Assembly (NCBI GenBank): GCA_951406725.2
Contig: OX597828.1
Location: 12,958,001-13,022,000, forward strand
Source of the DNA: Octopus vulgaris
Taxonomy: Eukaryota
Length of the DNA stretch: 64,000 nucleotides
Direction of reading: 5' to 3'
Of this stretch, positions 1 through 14,096 are shown in pieces. The notes below the pieces were generated by a model that saw only the letters and a program-made list of their open reading frames with translations, searched no databases and was not told the origin of the DNA. The position numbers and the translations under genes were made by a program. The stretch's first letter is position 1, and each line of letters begins with the position of its first letter.

Positions 1-1012
1 ACTTGTTTCAGTCATTTGACTGCAGCCATGCTGGAGCACCGCCTTTAGTCAAACAAATAGAGCCCAGGACTTATTCTTTGTAAGCTTAGTACTTATTCTA
101 TCAATCACTTTTGCCAAACAGCTATGTTACGGGGATGTAAACACACCAGCATCGGTTGTTAAGCGGTGGTGGAGGGACAAACACAGACACACAAACATAT
201 ACATATATATCTGTCTAGCAAGTCCACTCACAAGGCTTTGGAAGAATAAGTTACAGCTTTTTTTTTCAGTCACCTATGCTTCAAACCATACAGATTTGCA
301 GTGGGACTGAATAGTCATAGGAGAGGTCATGGACAGAAAGTCAGAAATACTATTGACAAGAAAGGACAAAGAGATGGTAATCAGCTGAGAAGATGGAACA
401 ATCACCGCGTGTGTGACGTGGAAGTGTGTTTATCTCCGCATCACTTGACAAGTGATGTTGGTTTCTTTGCAGCCCCATAACTTAGCAGTTAGGCAAAATG
501 AGACTGATAGAGTAAGTATGAAACTTAAAAAGAATAAATACTAAGCAGAAACAAGACTAAGAGAGAGAGAGAGAGTATGTGTGTGTGAACACAGATAACG
601 CCATATCCTATATCATGATTGTAAAATGGCAACACATTCAACAAGAATGATAACAACCAGATTTCAGCTGAAGAACAAACAACTACAACAACAAACTTAA
701 ACAACAATAACAACTGTGAGATGATATCAGCAATTCCATCAAGACATTCTGAAAAGCTTAAAAAGCAAAAAAAAAAAAAAAAAAAGCCACAAAAGAAATA
801 GAGATTGTGAGAATATGCAACATCTAATAAATCTTTCTATTTTTATATTCGTAATTTAAAAGTTGAAGTTCTGTATTATGACAAGACATGCTTTTATTTA
901 CCAAACATGTTATTATAACTGCTGTAATATTCTCTGATGTGAGAGAAAAATGTCAAAATTCCACTTGGCATCATTATTGTTTTTAATTGAGTCTTTTACA
1001 CAGAAGTATAAG

Positions 1013-1235
1013 TCATCATCATCATCATCATCATTTAGTGTCCGCTTTCCATGCTGGCATGGGCTGGACGGTTCAATTGGGGTCTGGGAAGCCAGAAGGC
1101 TGCACCAGGCCCAGTCTGATCTGGCAATGTTTCTACGGCTGGAAGCCCTTCCTAGCGCCAACCACTCCATGAGTATAGTGGGTACTTTTTATGTGCTACC
1201 GGCACAGGGGCCAGGCGGGGCTGGCAAACGGCCCG
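1013..1235 (-). mobile_element. Solo 3'-UTR/tail fragment of the RTE-clade LINE; similar at ~14200-14300, 14594-15030, 18561-18720, 32172-32770, 54990-55321(+), 58570-58990(+), 60727-61020
   Basis: (CAT)n + ttagtgtccgctttccatgctggcatggg...gcccttcctagcgccaaccactcc, matching the tail of 57090-58310. Confidence 0.8.
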
Positions 1236-2686
1236 TGAATCTAAATAAACAAAAGGCCATATTCTATTGGTACTTTAGCGGTTTCTGTGAGAGAAGAAAA
1301 TACAAGACAAAACATAAAAGACCAGTTCCAGAACAATGTAGGAAATTTAAAAGCTTCTACATGAAGGTACAGGTACCATAAGGCCAGTTTCTTTAGAGAA
1401 TGGTCATACAACATGAGATGACCGAGATGAACACCACCACACAGTCTTTGCTGCCTGTGATATATCACTGGAATTCGTTTTCATCAGTATCAGTTTTGTT
1501 TGTCTTTTATCTTTTAATTGTTTCAGTCATTGGACACTGGCCACACTGGAGCACTACCTTGAAGGTTTTTTTTTGTTGTTGAATAAATTGCCACCGATGC
1601 TTATGTTTTTTTCATATATCTTGTATTTATTCTATTGGTCTCTTTAGCTGGAATTACTAGCTTACAAGGATGTAAACAAACCAACACTGGTTGTCAAACA
1701 GAGTTTGGACACAAAGACACACACACACACACGCACGCACACGCGCTCTTTTACTCTTTTACTTGTTTCAGTCATTTGACTGTGGCCATACTAGAGCACC
1801 ACCTTTAGTCGAGCAACTTGACCCCAGGACTTACTCTTTATAATCCTAGTACTTATTCTATCGGTCTCTTTTTGCCGAACCGCTAAGTTACGGGGGACGT
1901 AAACGCTCCAGCATCAGTTGTGAAGCGATGTTGAGGGGGGGGGGGACAAACACAAACACACACAGGAACACACATATATATTCATATATATATGACAGGC
2001 TTCTTTCAGTTTCCATCTACCAAATCCACTCACAATGCTTTGGTCGGCCTGAGGCTGTGGATGGGAAGCAAGCTTCTTATTACACAGTCATGCTTGTTTA
2101 CAACTATCACATAGTCAACACAAGAGGACAAAAATACACACATAAACATACACACACACACACACACACTCACACATGCAGAAGCTTCAACTACCAAATC
2201 TACTCACAAGGCTTTAGTCAGCCCAGGAATTTTGAAGACACTTGTCCAAGGTACCAGTGAAACTGAGCCAGAAATGATGTGATTATGAAGCAAACTTCTT
2301 AACTGTACACCCATACCTGCACCAAAAGCCACTTGCATGTTAATTTCACAAATAGTGACAATATAATATTAATGATAATTCTTTGAGTACAAGATACTGA
2401 GGACCAGTCATTGCTGACAAGGAATTTACACTAATGCTGTAACAATTCTACCACTAAATCTTACTCACACAAGGCATAACAGTTCCAGATTCAAAAGAGA
2501 TGTGATACACATGTCATTCTGCCCCACTACCATAAAGGAAATGAAGGTACACACCCTGTCAGATTTATATAAGAGAGATGGGATGTTTGTTACAATATTT
2601 ATGCACTTCCTGTCATTTTGATCTACCCTTATGGGCCTGGATCATACACATAAGACCTTAGATTAATAAATAGGCTAAGTGTGTGC

Positions 2687-2737
<51 letters not shown>

Positions 2738-2829
2738 CATATATATATAAATCCTTAAAAATGTTTTAGCCCAAAGGTGGCGGCCATGCTGGGGCACCAC
2801 CGCTGTATATAATACATTATATATATATA

Positions 2830-3109
2830 TATATATATGTTTTTCCGTCCCTGTTTTCATATACATTTGATGCTTTCTACCAAGGAATCTAATGCTCTTA
2901 GCTTAGTTTTTCCTTGGGGCTGGCCAGATTGGAGCAATCTCAAGATTAATCAGCTGAAATTGCAAGGATGATCCGGTTCTTGACTGAGGATAGAAAGCTT
3001 CGAATGACCCGTCCTTTTTTTTTTTGTATCGTCTATCTGGATGTTTTGTTGTCCCTTTTTGTATCACCTAGTTGTCCGGAGGTTTTGCGTTCTTGTCCCA
3101 TTTTGTATT

Positions 3110-3112
<3 letters not shown>
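2830..3112 (+). mobile_element. (TA)n-embedded repeat, probable Penelope-like terminal remnant; homologous copy ~53850-54090
   Basis: Shared text tctaatgctcttagcttagtttttccttggggctggccagattgga...actgagga...cgaatgaccc in both places, each ending in a TA array. Confidence 0.5.
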
Positions 3113-3410
<298 letters not shown>

Positions 3411-3495
3411 CAAGAAAGCACAAAAAAAACACAACACGAGGACGTGGAACAAATATAGTATTATTGGACGCTCAGGAAAGAAGGAAAGAAGGAGG

Positions 3496-3530
3496 GTTTA
3501 ACGTTTCAAGCGGAGCTCTTCGTCAGAAAC
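3496..3530 (-). ncRNA. Minimal type-I hammerhead ribozyme motif in a (TA)n-flanked Penelope-like unit (~3410-3600)
   Basis: Minus strand GUUU-CUGACGA-A-GAGC(UCC)GCUU-GAAA-C-GUU^-AAAC: intact CUGANGA/GAAA core, helix II, loopless palindromic helix III, helix I GUUU/AAAC. Confidence 0.75.
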
Positions 3531-3637
3531 ATAGGAGAAGGAAAGATCTAGAGAAGGGAAGACAGTGGAAAAAATCGCCAACAGTACACACGAGGTCACA
3601 ATACATATATATATATCTGTATATACATATTTGTATG

Positions 3638-3677
<40 letters not shown>

Positions 3678-6600
3678 CACATAATTGTGTGTGTGTAATT
3701 ACAAGATAAGGTTATCTCTAGAAGAAAGAGAGCTCAATGTATATATAGAGTATATATATATGAGACAAAAAAAACATTGACATTCATGCTTTTTCACAAA
3801 AAAGCTCAACAGGAAAAACAAGGGGCTTCCTTCTATGTCATGTCTACAGTAATATATTTATTTGAGGATAAGACAAAGCGAATAAAAAATTTCAAGTGAG
3901 ATATGGATACTGAAATTAAGACAGAGTAAAACATTAAGAATTAGATATCAAGGATGAAACAATGCAGATAAGACACAGAGATAAAGTCTCTAAACAAACA
4001 TGTATAGTAAGAATAATTCTAGATCAAGATTGTTGTTTAATTAACTGAATATTCTTCAAAAGGTGCATGGCTTAGTGGTTAGGGTACTTGGTTCATGATT
4101 GCAAGATCATGAGTTCTATTCTCAGAGGCACAATGAGCAAGACATTTTATTTCACATTGCCCCAGTTCCTTTAGCTGGCAAAAGTGAGTTGTACCAGTAG
4201 TCAAAGGACCGGCCTTATCACATCTTGTGTCAGCTGACTCTCTCTGAGAACTACGTTAAGGGTACATGTGTCTATGGAGTACTCAGCCACTTGCACATTA
4301 GTTTCACAAGTAGGCTGATCCATTGATCAGATCGACTGGAAGACACATCATCATAACCAACAAAGTGCCAATAATTATTCAAAGGCACCAAAAGTCCAAA
4401 TGTACACTGACCTAGAAGATAAGACTGTTACTAACCTTAGTTTAGAAATAAAGGCCTCAAGTTCAATTCCAGTCTGCTAATATCCACACATCCAAGAAAT
4501 AATACAATAAATGCTGATGACCATGAGCAACCAAACAAATTGAAATACTGTGAAAAAAATGTAAGCATTAAAAATCTCTCAGCTTCTCCATGCTTCCTGA
4601 GATTCGCCAACAGTACACCAGATTTTCTCCCCTCCATACACACACAGACTCATACACTGTTCACTTTCCAGACATTAGTACATTACTGCATACACTTTAT
4701 ATGTACTTTTGACAAGTTGTGGTGCACCTGAGCACTGTATACAATAATTTCATTATTATTATTTTTAAACACGAGATGAATAGTTTGAAAAATTATAATC
4801 TTGTTATTCAACATCTTTAGTAATTCTTCATCATTTAATGTCCATTCTCCATACTGGAATGAGTTGGACAGTTTGACAGGATTCAGTAACTTGCAAGGCT
4901 GCAGCCAATGCCACTGTCAGCTTTGGAATAGTTTCTACAGCTGGATGCCCTTCTTAACACCAATCAGTCAACCCAAATCACCTCCAAATTACTTTTACAT
5001 TCAAACTTGATACACAGAGTAACAAAATCAAATACTGTGAATCAGGGCACTCTTTCTAACATTCTTGGAAACTTGGTTTTTACATTGTCACCAAGATAAA
5101 CAAATCAATGTGGCAGATGCCGAGAGGACAATATGACGATTCAAATTCAAATAGCCCACAGTTTCAGTCAGAAGCCTGAATAGTGATTTGGTTAATCAGA
5201 TAAATTAATAGACCACCAACCATAAACTGAATCCTCTACTACATGGTCGCTCATCTGCTGGAAATAGCAGCCAAATTTTGTAATGAGAAGAGATGCTGGA
5301 TAATGCATTCTTAAGATAGACAATATCCAAGATAGTTACATAATAGTCATAGAACTGCTTAATAATATGGGGTTAAACAACTACAAGCACAGTATTTAGA
5401 TATAAATCCGTCTCTAAATTTTACTGAAGAAAATTTTTACCATATATCAGTGTCTGTCTCATGTATTCACACTGGTGTTTAATATATAATAAAGTACTTA
5501 AGGTTAATTCATTAGCCAACAGGATCTTTGATAATATAGTCCCCGAGTTCAAATCGAAATACAAGCCACCGTAGGGTGCCCTGTACAAGGGACATAACTC
5601 TGCCTGCTCTGATTGCTGACTATTAATACCACTCCAAGGGCGTATGTATATATGTATCTCTTTATTGCCCACAGGGGGGCTAAACATAGAGGGAACAAAC
5701 AAAGACAGACAAAGGGATTAAATCGATTACATTGACCCCAGTATGCAACTGGTACTTAATTTATCGACCCCAAAAGGATGAAAGGCAAAGTTGACCTCAA
5801 CAGAATTTGAACTCAGAAAGTAAAGACAGACGAAATACTGCAAGGCATTTCACCCGGCGTGCTAACGTCTCTGCCAGCTTGCCGCATATGTATATATGTA
5901 TGTGCATGTGTGTATCCAACTGTAGAATCCCTCCAACACATGACTGATGTAAAATATTGACAGGGTCCAAGGACTACATCAGATTTCAGTCTTTGCTTTG
6001 GCATAGTTTCTACAACTGAAAACTCTTCCGAAGACCAACTACTTTACAGCATGTACTGGATGCTTTTCCTCTTTTGTGCCACCAGCACAAGTGAGGTTAC
6101 TATGCAGCTTGCCAGACCATGAACTCCCATGGCAGAAAAAGTTTTATGTCAGGAAATGAGTGGTTTAATGTATGAGAGAAGGGGGCAGAACAGATTCTTG
6201 TTGAAGAGCTACATGGCTACTCACACTTAGAAGAGAGGATGAGTAAGAACAGGTAGAGCCGCAAAGAGATAAATAGTGATTATATACATATAGATATATA
6301 TATATATATATATATATACATCAGGGACTCTCCTGTTGTTAGATGCCATATGAGAGTTCTGCAATTTGTTGCTGAACAACCACACAGATGATTTTGTGTA
6401 TAGAGATGTTTATAGTTATGTTTGTGTTCACATAACCTCACTCCCTTCATCAAACTAACATTACCTGCTGAGGAGTACAACATGCCAAGTATCAGATGAC
6501 AAAATGATTGCAGAGCAACATGAAATGAAGTGCTTTGCTCAAGAAAAAAAAACACAACGCTCAGTCAGGGAGTTGAAACCACAATCTCACAATCATGAGT

Positions 6601-7099
6601 GTAACACCCTAACCACTAAGCCATGATTGTTTTATACATACATATCTTTAAACTTGTCCCTCTTCCCAACACATGTTGAAAAAAAATTTCTAATTGGCGC
6701 AGGCATTGTTGTGTGGTAAGAAGCTTGCTTCCCAACCATATGGTTCTGGGTTCAATCCCAATGTGTGACACCTTGGGCAAGTGTCTTCTACTGTAGCCTC
6801 GGACTGACCAAATCCTTATGAGTGGATTTGGTAGATTAAGCCCATCATATATATAATGGCATAAATAACAAATACATACCCAGGGGCATGGTTTCATTCA
6901 CTTACCCCTTTGGTCTATCATGCATGTCAATTAGTTGGAATAGAATATATTTGGAATATATTTATGTATATTTAACACAGATAACCCTCTCTACACCTTT
7001 AACATGAGATTACACAGACCTCTGAAACCATGGACCATAGAAACTAATATACAAGAGTAGAAAACATCACCCTAGTAAAATTTAATAATTATACTCTAG

Positions 7100-7680
7100 A
7101 ACAATGAATCTCAACTCGAGTCCATATGGCCCCTGAAGATTTTGGAGGGGCCACACAAAATAGAAAATTGGTGATCCACAACAGTATTTTAAAGGCTCCT
7201 GAAAAAAATTTGCTTTGGATGTATGCAAGAAGGAGCTAGGTTTTTTTTCTCGAAAATTTTAAATAATTCAATCTACACAACATGTGAATAACAAAAGAGG
7301 AATTTTGAAAGAAGTTCCTACGAAACTAGTTTTTAAACATCGAATGGCTATGGGGCCCCACAAGAATTAAATAGTAATCAAAGGGATCTAAGCATGCAAA
7401 ATAGTAAATTGGGGATCAACGGTAATATTTTAAGGGCCCCTGAAAAAATTTACTTTAGTTGTATGTATTGATGTGTACTGCAAGAAACGGCTTTGGTTCT
7501 TTATTGAACATTTTCCATAATTTACCGTACACAAGTTAAGGCGTGAATAACAACATCCAAATTTTGGAAAGAAGCTTCTATAAAACTAGTTTTTAAATAT
7601 TAAATAACTATGGGGGTCCACAAGAATAAAGCAGTAATCAAAGGAGTCCATAGATTAAAAAAATGGTTGAGAACCCTTGC
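7100..7680. mobile_element. Same hAT MITE family in opposite orientation, with an internal partial duplication; fragments at ~7985-8058, ~20345-20470, ~33415-33930
   Basis: Shared aaaactagtttttaaa...ggggtccac...aaaaatggttgagaacc terminus. Confidence 0.6.
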
Positions 7681-7953
7681 ATTAGATATACAGCAAGTAT
7701 CTCTCATCCTGCTATAACCAACATTGTCCACTTTAGCTTGTATGTATTGAGCATCAGTGAAATGAAGGGAGTCAAAACACATTCTACGTTCTTTTTGTGC
7801 AAAATCTTAAATGACAAGTTTAAGATTTAAATTTTAATTCACTAGAAGAAAACAGTTTATCTTTTCACAAGATGTAATTGATTTGTTCATCAATAAAGAA
7901 CATGTCTTCAACAGCTGTAGCGAAACTCAGCCCATACATGTTATCATATATAT

Positions 7954-7985
<32 letters not shown>

Positions 7986-8059
7986 CTATGGGTGTCCACA
8001 AGAATAAAGCAGTAATCAAAGGAGTCCATAGATTTTTTAAAATGGCTGAGAACCCTTGC

Positions 8060-8096
<37 letters not shown>

Positions 8097-8157
8097 GGAA
8101 TATTATTCCAAACTTACAGGGAAAAATTCAATTTAGTAATACTAGATCAAATTTCAC

Positions 8158-8212
<55 letters not shown>

Positions 8213-11200
8213 TAGAAAAAAAACCACCTTTTATCAATTCTTTATAAATTCTGTTACTGTTACTTGTGTCAGTCATGTTTGTCTTTTCACAAGAGGGGTT
8301 TGTAGTCGAAGAAACCGACCCCAGGACTTATCCTTTGTAAGCCTAGTACTTATTCTATCAGTCTCTTATGCCAGACCGCTGTTACAGGGATGTAAACGCA
8401 CCAACACCAGTTGTCAAGCGGTGATGGGGGACAAACACAGAGGCAAAGACACACACACGTGTGTGTTTGTATTATATATGTATATATATATATATATATA
8501 GCCTGGTCGGTCACGGTGATATATATATCACCATGACCGACCAGGCTGTCAGATGTTGCTACACATATGCTGGTATATATATTGTTTTAGCCTTCAAATG
8601 ACGCCACCCTCGCTGGCTAAGCGAGCAGGCCAACAGAAGAAAGAGTGAGAGAAAGTTGTGGCGAAAGAGTACAGCAGGGATCACCACCACCCTCTGTCAG
8701 AGCCTCGAGCAGCTTTAGGTGTTTTTACTCAATAAACACTCACAACGCCTGGCCTGGGAAACGAAACCGCGATCCTACAACCGCGAGTCCACTGTCCACT
8801 GCTTCTTTCAGTTCCCGTCTACTAAATCCACTCACAAGGCTTTGGTCAGCCCGAGGTTATAGTAGAAGACATTTGTCCAACATGCCACATGACAGAGAGA
8901 TTATATACATATAATCATAAGAAAGCTATAGAAAGTATCAGTACATAATGAGTGAATGCGTTTATTCGATAAATCAATAATGAATATCACTTATTTCTTT
9001 AATACATCAGGAGCATCATGGAGTCAACGGCAGCATGTAAAAGTATGAATTATGATGGAGTAGAATGATGGAGTGTCAAAGTCTCTAAAGTAATGGGACC
9101 ACAAAACTGTAATTAGTAAGTCAATGAAACCACCAGGTACCGTCATCTATCTGGTCGATAACATCTGCTGTAAAGATTCCATTCATGACAGTAATCAGAC
9201 CCAATATCTTGAGTTACTAGATGTACCGTTGTTGTTGTTGTTGTTGTTCAGTATTAAGTCATACCTAACAGAGCCGACCGGTCATCAAAGGTGTTCAATC
9301 ACGCCACCACCACCACCACCATTTGTTGGGTTTTTTTTTTTTTTTCATTGCAAAACAGTCCATCTAGGACTATATTATGCAATGTAACATTCATTTTTGA
9401 AAGATACTAGAGTGTGAGTTGAGGGAGATACAGCAGTTGTTTCTTTTTCTAGCTTACCCAGCAACCATGTAGAGGCTCCGTCATTGGTTTGATGAACCAT
9501 GGCTGATGATGAGGATGATGACAGTCGTAGATGATGATGATAGTCAAAGATGATGATAACAGCTGATAGTTGACGATAATGATGATGATGACAACAAAGG
9601 TAACACACCCAGCATCTATTGCAATATGACAATAATAAATGCCTCGTTAGTGTTATTATTGTAACAGCAGTACTTATTGCATTGCTGAATACTGAGTGTT
9701 TAGATTCATTTACATCCACAGTCCAGGTAAAAACATCTTTAAATTCTCTTTCACGTCTTCATTTAATTACAGTCCAACCATGTTTTGCAGAGAACAGACG
9801 TGAAGTAAAAAGATATTTCAAGTTAAAATTTTTTTTTTAATTTATAATTTTTTTCAATTTTCTTTTTTGCATTTTCGTTCAAACAGAATATAAAGACATT
9901 GCAAGAGGTGCCAATCATCACAACTGACCAATAATGTTTTCAACTACTATTATTAATGGAATTAACAGAAAATGTATAGCAATGAATTGCTATTTACCCC
10001 ACTCTTTGTTTATCTGGAATCATTGGAGAGAAAGAAAGAGCTTTCAATGACTAAAGTATCTCTTACATATGTCTAACTCTTTATAAATGTGTGACTTATA
10101 TTATTATTGTTTGTTGAGTGCACGGGGCATGAATGTACCCCTGCCTTTCTCTCCTACCAGCTGGTCTGCTGGCACTGAAAGTAAGCAGTTGAAATATTTA
10201 GATATTCGCTTAAGGACGTCCCAAATCTTTCATTGTTTTTGCCAGTAACAGAAGACAGAATAGCAGGGCCAAAGCAAATCATACAAGATATATCCCTAGA
10301 TGCTGTAACATTCAACCAATCTCCCTCCCTGGATTAGTATTAATTGACCGACCCCTATAAGGTTGAAAGCAGCAAAGTTGACTTAAATGGGTTTGAACTC
10401 AAAACAGAGAGAGCTGCAATTAATACTGCAAAGCATATTCTATCTGGCCCTTTAACAACCACTCTGCAGTTGAAACAGTAGAATCCAAGGAACTAGTGAT
10501 GGTCTATGTCAGTATATAAAATAAATAAATGCGCCGTTTTAAAGCCCAGCCAGGCTCATGGGCCCGGTTTCTATGGTGTATGTGTTCACCTGCTGGACGG
10601 GACGCCAGTCCATCGCAGCGTTACCCATTTTTGCCAGCTGAGTGGACTGGAGCAACGTGAAATGAAGTGTTTTGCCCAAGAATACAACGCGTCGCCCGGT
10701 CCAGGAATTGAAACCACAATCTTACAATCATGATGCTGACACCCTAACCACTAAGCCACGTGCCTGCACATGTCAGTATATACTAAGTATGAAATGTTCA
10801 CAAAGAAGAAGTTAATTTGCAATGAGGAAGATGATGAAGAGAAGGGAAAAGATCTAACATTTTATCATCCACTGAAGGGTCCTGTCTAAAATGTTAGTCT
10901 TCTGCTCCTCCTCCTCCTCCCCCTCTTCCTCACAGCAAACAAACTTATTCCATGATGTCATCTTGAGATAATCTCTGCAAGTGATGTAACAGTTTTAGTC
11001 AGGACTGTCTGTAATATGAAAGCATGGAAACCTTGAAGTGAAATGAACTTATAAATGATTGATGATATGGTAACAGCTTTAAATTGTACTGATATGTCTT
11101 CTGAAAACAGTCCTTTGAACTGAATAAGTATATACTGCCCTTATTTTAAATCTACTAAACAAATTAAGGAAAACATGATTTTTCTTTTCCCTTTCTTTTT

Positions 11201-11388
11201 TTTTTTTATACAGATAGAAGTATAGAGAAGTTGCTATTTTACGATAAATACTTTCTTTCATATCGAGATGTGACTTGAAAAAGTTCAAAATATTTTCATT
11301 CAGAATAAATTTTAACCTAAGTATAAAGGAAAACATCAAAATCTCTGCAAGATCGGTCAACAACAAATGAAACTAACTTATCATTTAA

Positions 11389-11609
11389 CCCTTTAGCATT
11401 TAAACCGGCCATATCCGGTCAAAAGTATTCTGCCTGTTTTATGTTCAAACTGGCCACATCTGGTCTCTTACACCAACCCTACAATATCGTTTTAAAAATT
11501 AACAGCTACCTCATCAAAATCTCAAAGCTACAAGATAATGCCTGATTAGTTCAAGGCAATGTGGATGAAAAAGCATTAATTTTGGCAGAATAATGTGAAC
11601 ACTAAAGGG
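11389..11609. mobile_element. piggyBac-like MITE (221 bp)
   Basis: TTAA|CCCTTTAG ... CTAAAGGG|TTAA. Confidence 0.8.
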
Positions 11610-12029
11610 TTAAAGGATATTACAGAAAAGAAAGTAAACTTCGCAATAGGACAGTTTCAACACGTGAAATGAGCCTTTAGCTTATGCTAAGTTAATTACT
11701 TGCCTAACAAGTCCGGAGTGAATATAATCTAAAAATATGTATAACAAAAGACTTCGTAACTAACAGCATTAATAGAAATTACAGAAAAATGAAAATCTGA
11801 CAGAATGCTAATATCTCTGTGAAAAAATTTCCCAGAAAAAATTGCATGACCTTCAGGTATTTAAGAGACCAAAATGAACTAAGATACTTTAGCTTCAATT
11901 ATTTTGCAAGATATACTTACTACAATACAGAAAGAGCTACAATTTTTAAACATCTTCTGCGATAAGTTAACCCTGTATATGATTAGAGAGAAGCTAAGTT
12001 AGTGAGCTGACATCATGTATAAACCTTAA

Positions 12030-12240
12030 CCCTTTAGCATTTAAACCGGCCAAAAGTATTTCGCCTGTTTTATGTTCAAATTGACCAGATCTGGTCTCTC
12101 ACACCAACCCTACAATATCGTTCTAGAAATTAAAAGCTACCTCATCAAAATCTCATAGCTACAAGATAATGCCTGATTAGTTCAATGCAATGTGGATGAA
12201 AAAGGATTAATTTTGGCAGAATAATGCGAACACTAAAGGG
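12030..12240. mobile_element. piggyBac-like MITE, second copy; more diverged copies ~34842-35062, ~35080-35298, ~36324-36535
   Basis: TTAA|CCCTTTAG ... CTAAAGGG|TTAA, colinear with 11389-11609. Confidence 0.8.
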
Positions 12241-13446
12241 TTAAACTTGAACAAACATATCTAGAGCTAAAACCTTGAGTGAGAAGGATGATCTAATGAT
12301 ATATAATCTAAGTGAGGAACAGTTTTAGCTAGCTAGCTTAGCAAAAATCGAAACAGTTAGTTTGCCCATGATGAAAAATATTTAATTTAAATATAAATAT
12401 CAAACCATATCAAATATGAGCTGTTCATCACAGCAATGGTGTTTGGTAGTTCAATGTTTCACAGTTTTAGTAAGCTTCCAACATGAATGAGTACCAAGAG
12501 ATGCTTTATCTGGATCAGTTCTTATCAAAGTCCATGTACTTATTGAGAGAAGCACAGCATTCACTGGAATTTCTTTTCGAGGCATTGTTATTCTCATCAT
12601 GAACATTATTATTATTATTATCATAGGTATTATAATGTAATTGTTAGTAAAGAATTCTTTTTTTTTTTTCATGGAAAAAAATTATGTGACATTAAGTTTG
12701 TTTATGGTGCAATTTGGCCATGTATAACTTTTAATCTGAAAACTTAATTATCTTTTTAACTGATGAAACAGTAAAAAATTAAGTTAAAATTATACCACCC
12801 TTACAATTAATGTACTGACCCCCAGCCAATATATTACATTTGTACAATACTATGAAGACAATAAATAATGAATCCCCTGCTCCTATACGCATGAAGATTG
12901 AGCTATTAGAGTAGGTGGGAAAATTATGACAATACTAAGGCATAAAACCTTAGGGATTTTTGGTTCTTCTTTTTAGAAGAAGAAACAATGACAATACTTA
13001 ATGGTATGAGCATGACCAGTGTCGTAGAAGAAATTATTATTGTTGGTTGATGAACTTTAAATTACTGAGAGGAAGGAATATAAAAAAAAAAAAAGGAAGC
13101 AACATAGATGTTTTTTTTTATATTGCTTATTAGATGAAAACAATGATTATCCCATTAACAATAATACATTGATGTCGAACATAAATGATGTATGTATGTA
13201 TGCACGTGTATGACAGAAGGATATGAGCTGGAAACCTAACAGATATCCTATAATGAAACACTCTGACATAGTGTGTTTATGGGTGTCTGTGTATGTATGT
13301 ATGTATGCTTGTGTGATAGTAGGATATTAGCTGGAAACCTGACAGATATCCTGTGAAGAATTAACACACTGCTGTCAAAACATAAATGGTAAGAGGATAA
13401 TAACTGGACTTTTGAATATAGTTATCTGCCCTACATGAGACATCTG

Positions 13447-13512
13447 CTATGGCCAAGTGATACGAGGAATAATTTTCTTCTTTTTCTCGGGTACATCACT
13501 CTCATGGTGAAC
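13447..13512 (-). CDS. C2orf49: Ashwin coding exon 4, terminal (VHHESDVPEKKKKIIPRITWP*)
   Basis: TTTTGTAG acceptor, phase 0, TAG at 13449-13447; basic stretch + ITWP end matches the recalled human Ashwin C-terminus KRKIQHVTWP. Full protein 220 aa. Confidence 0.92.
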   Translation of the reverse strand, partial: VHHESDVPEKKKKIIPRITWP

Positions 13513-13561
13513 CTACAAAAGAAATGAAAACAATAAGAGGAATTTTTAAAAATTTGTTAAA

Positions 13562-14096
13562 ACATTTTGTTGTGTCTGGGGAGAGTCATTACGGCAATAT
13601 CAATAATGAGGTGCATCTTGATGGATGAAGTAAAGTATAGTGCATTGAAGGGAGGCTTTTCCTTCGGATGTAAATCCACTGGGGCCGGAAGTGGCTATCA
13701 AACTTTGAGCCTTGGTGGAGGATTATAACGACATTAAGGAAAAGATAAAGTGGTAAGTGTGATTTGTTTTTAAAGACTGTGAATAGACTTGAAAAAGAAA
13801 AAAAATTCTTATTTGTTAAAACTTTTTGGTTTTAAATAAGTTTATTCTCATAATCATCTCAGTGGAATGAGCATTTGTAAAAATTTGTGTTTAAGGTTAA
13901 AAAAAAGTAAAATCACGTAACCATCCCGGAGCAGGGTCAGGATGACCATTTCATCTTCATTATAAATACTTCGTTTTATTCATCGTTTCATGTGTTAATT
14001 GTCCCTGCATGTGTGTATGTCCCCTCTGTGTTTGACCCTTGTGGCTTGATTAAAATTCAATACTAATAATGACTCTCCCTAGACACAACAAAATGT
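13562..14096. mobile_element. MITE-like element with 30-bp inverted repeats
   Basis: acattttgttgtgtctggggagagtcatta (13562-13591) vs reverse complement of 14067-14096, one mismatch; no clear TSD. Confidence 0.6.

Noticed and set aside
2984-3012. CTGAGGA...CGAAT hammerhead-like text (also ~53999-54025)
   Set aside because: GAAA is GAAT in both copies, and helices I and III do not pair; at best a remote relic.
4437-4643. 68-aa ORF ending beside a donor-like GTTAGT
   Set aside because: No recognisable homology, no convincing acceptor or partner exons.
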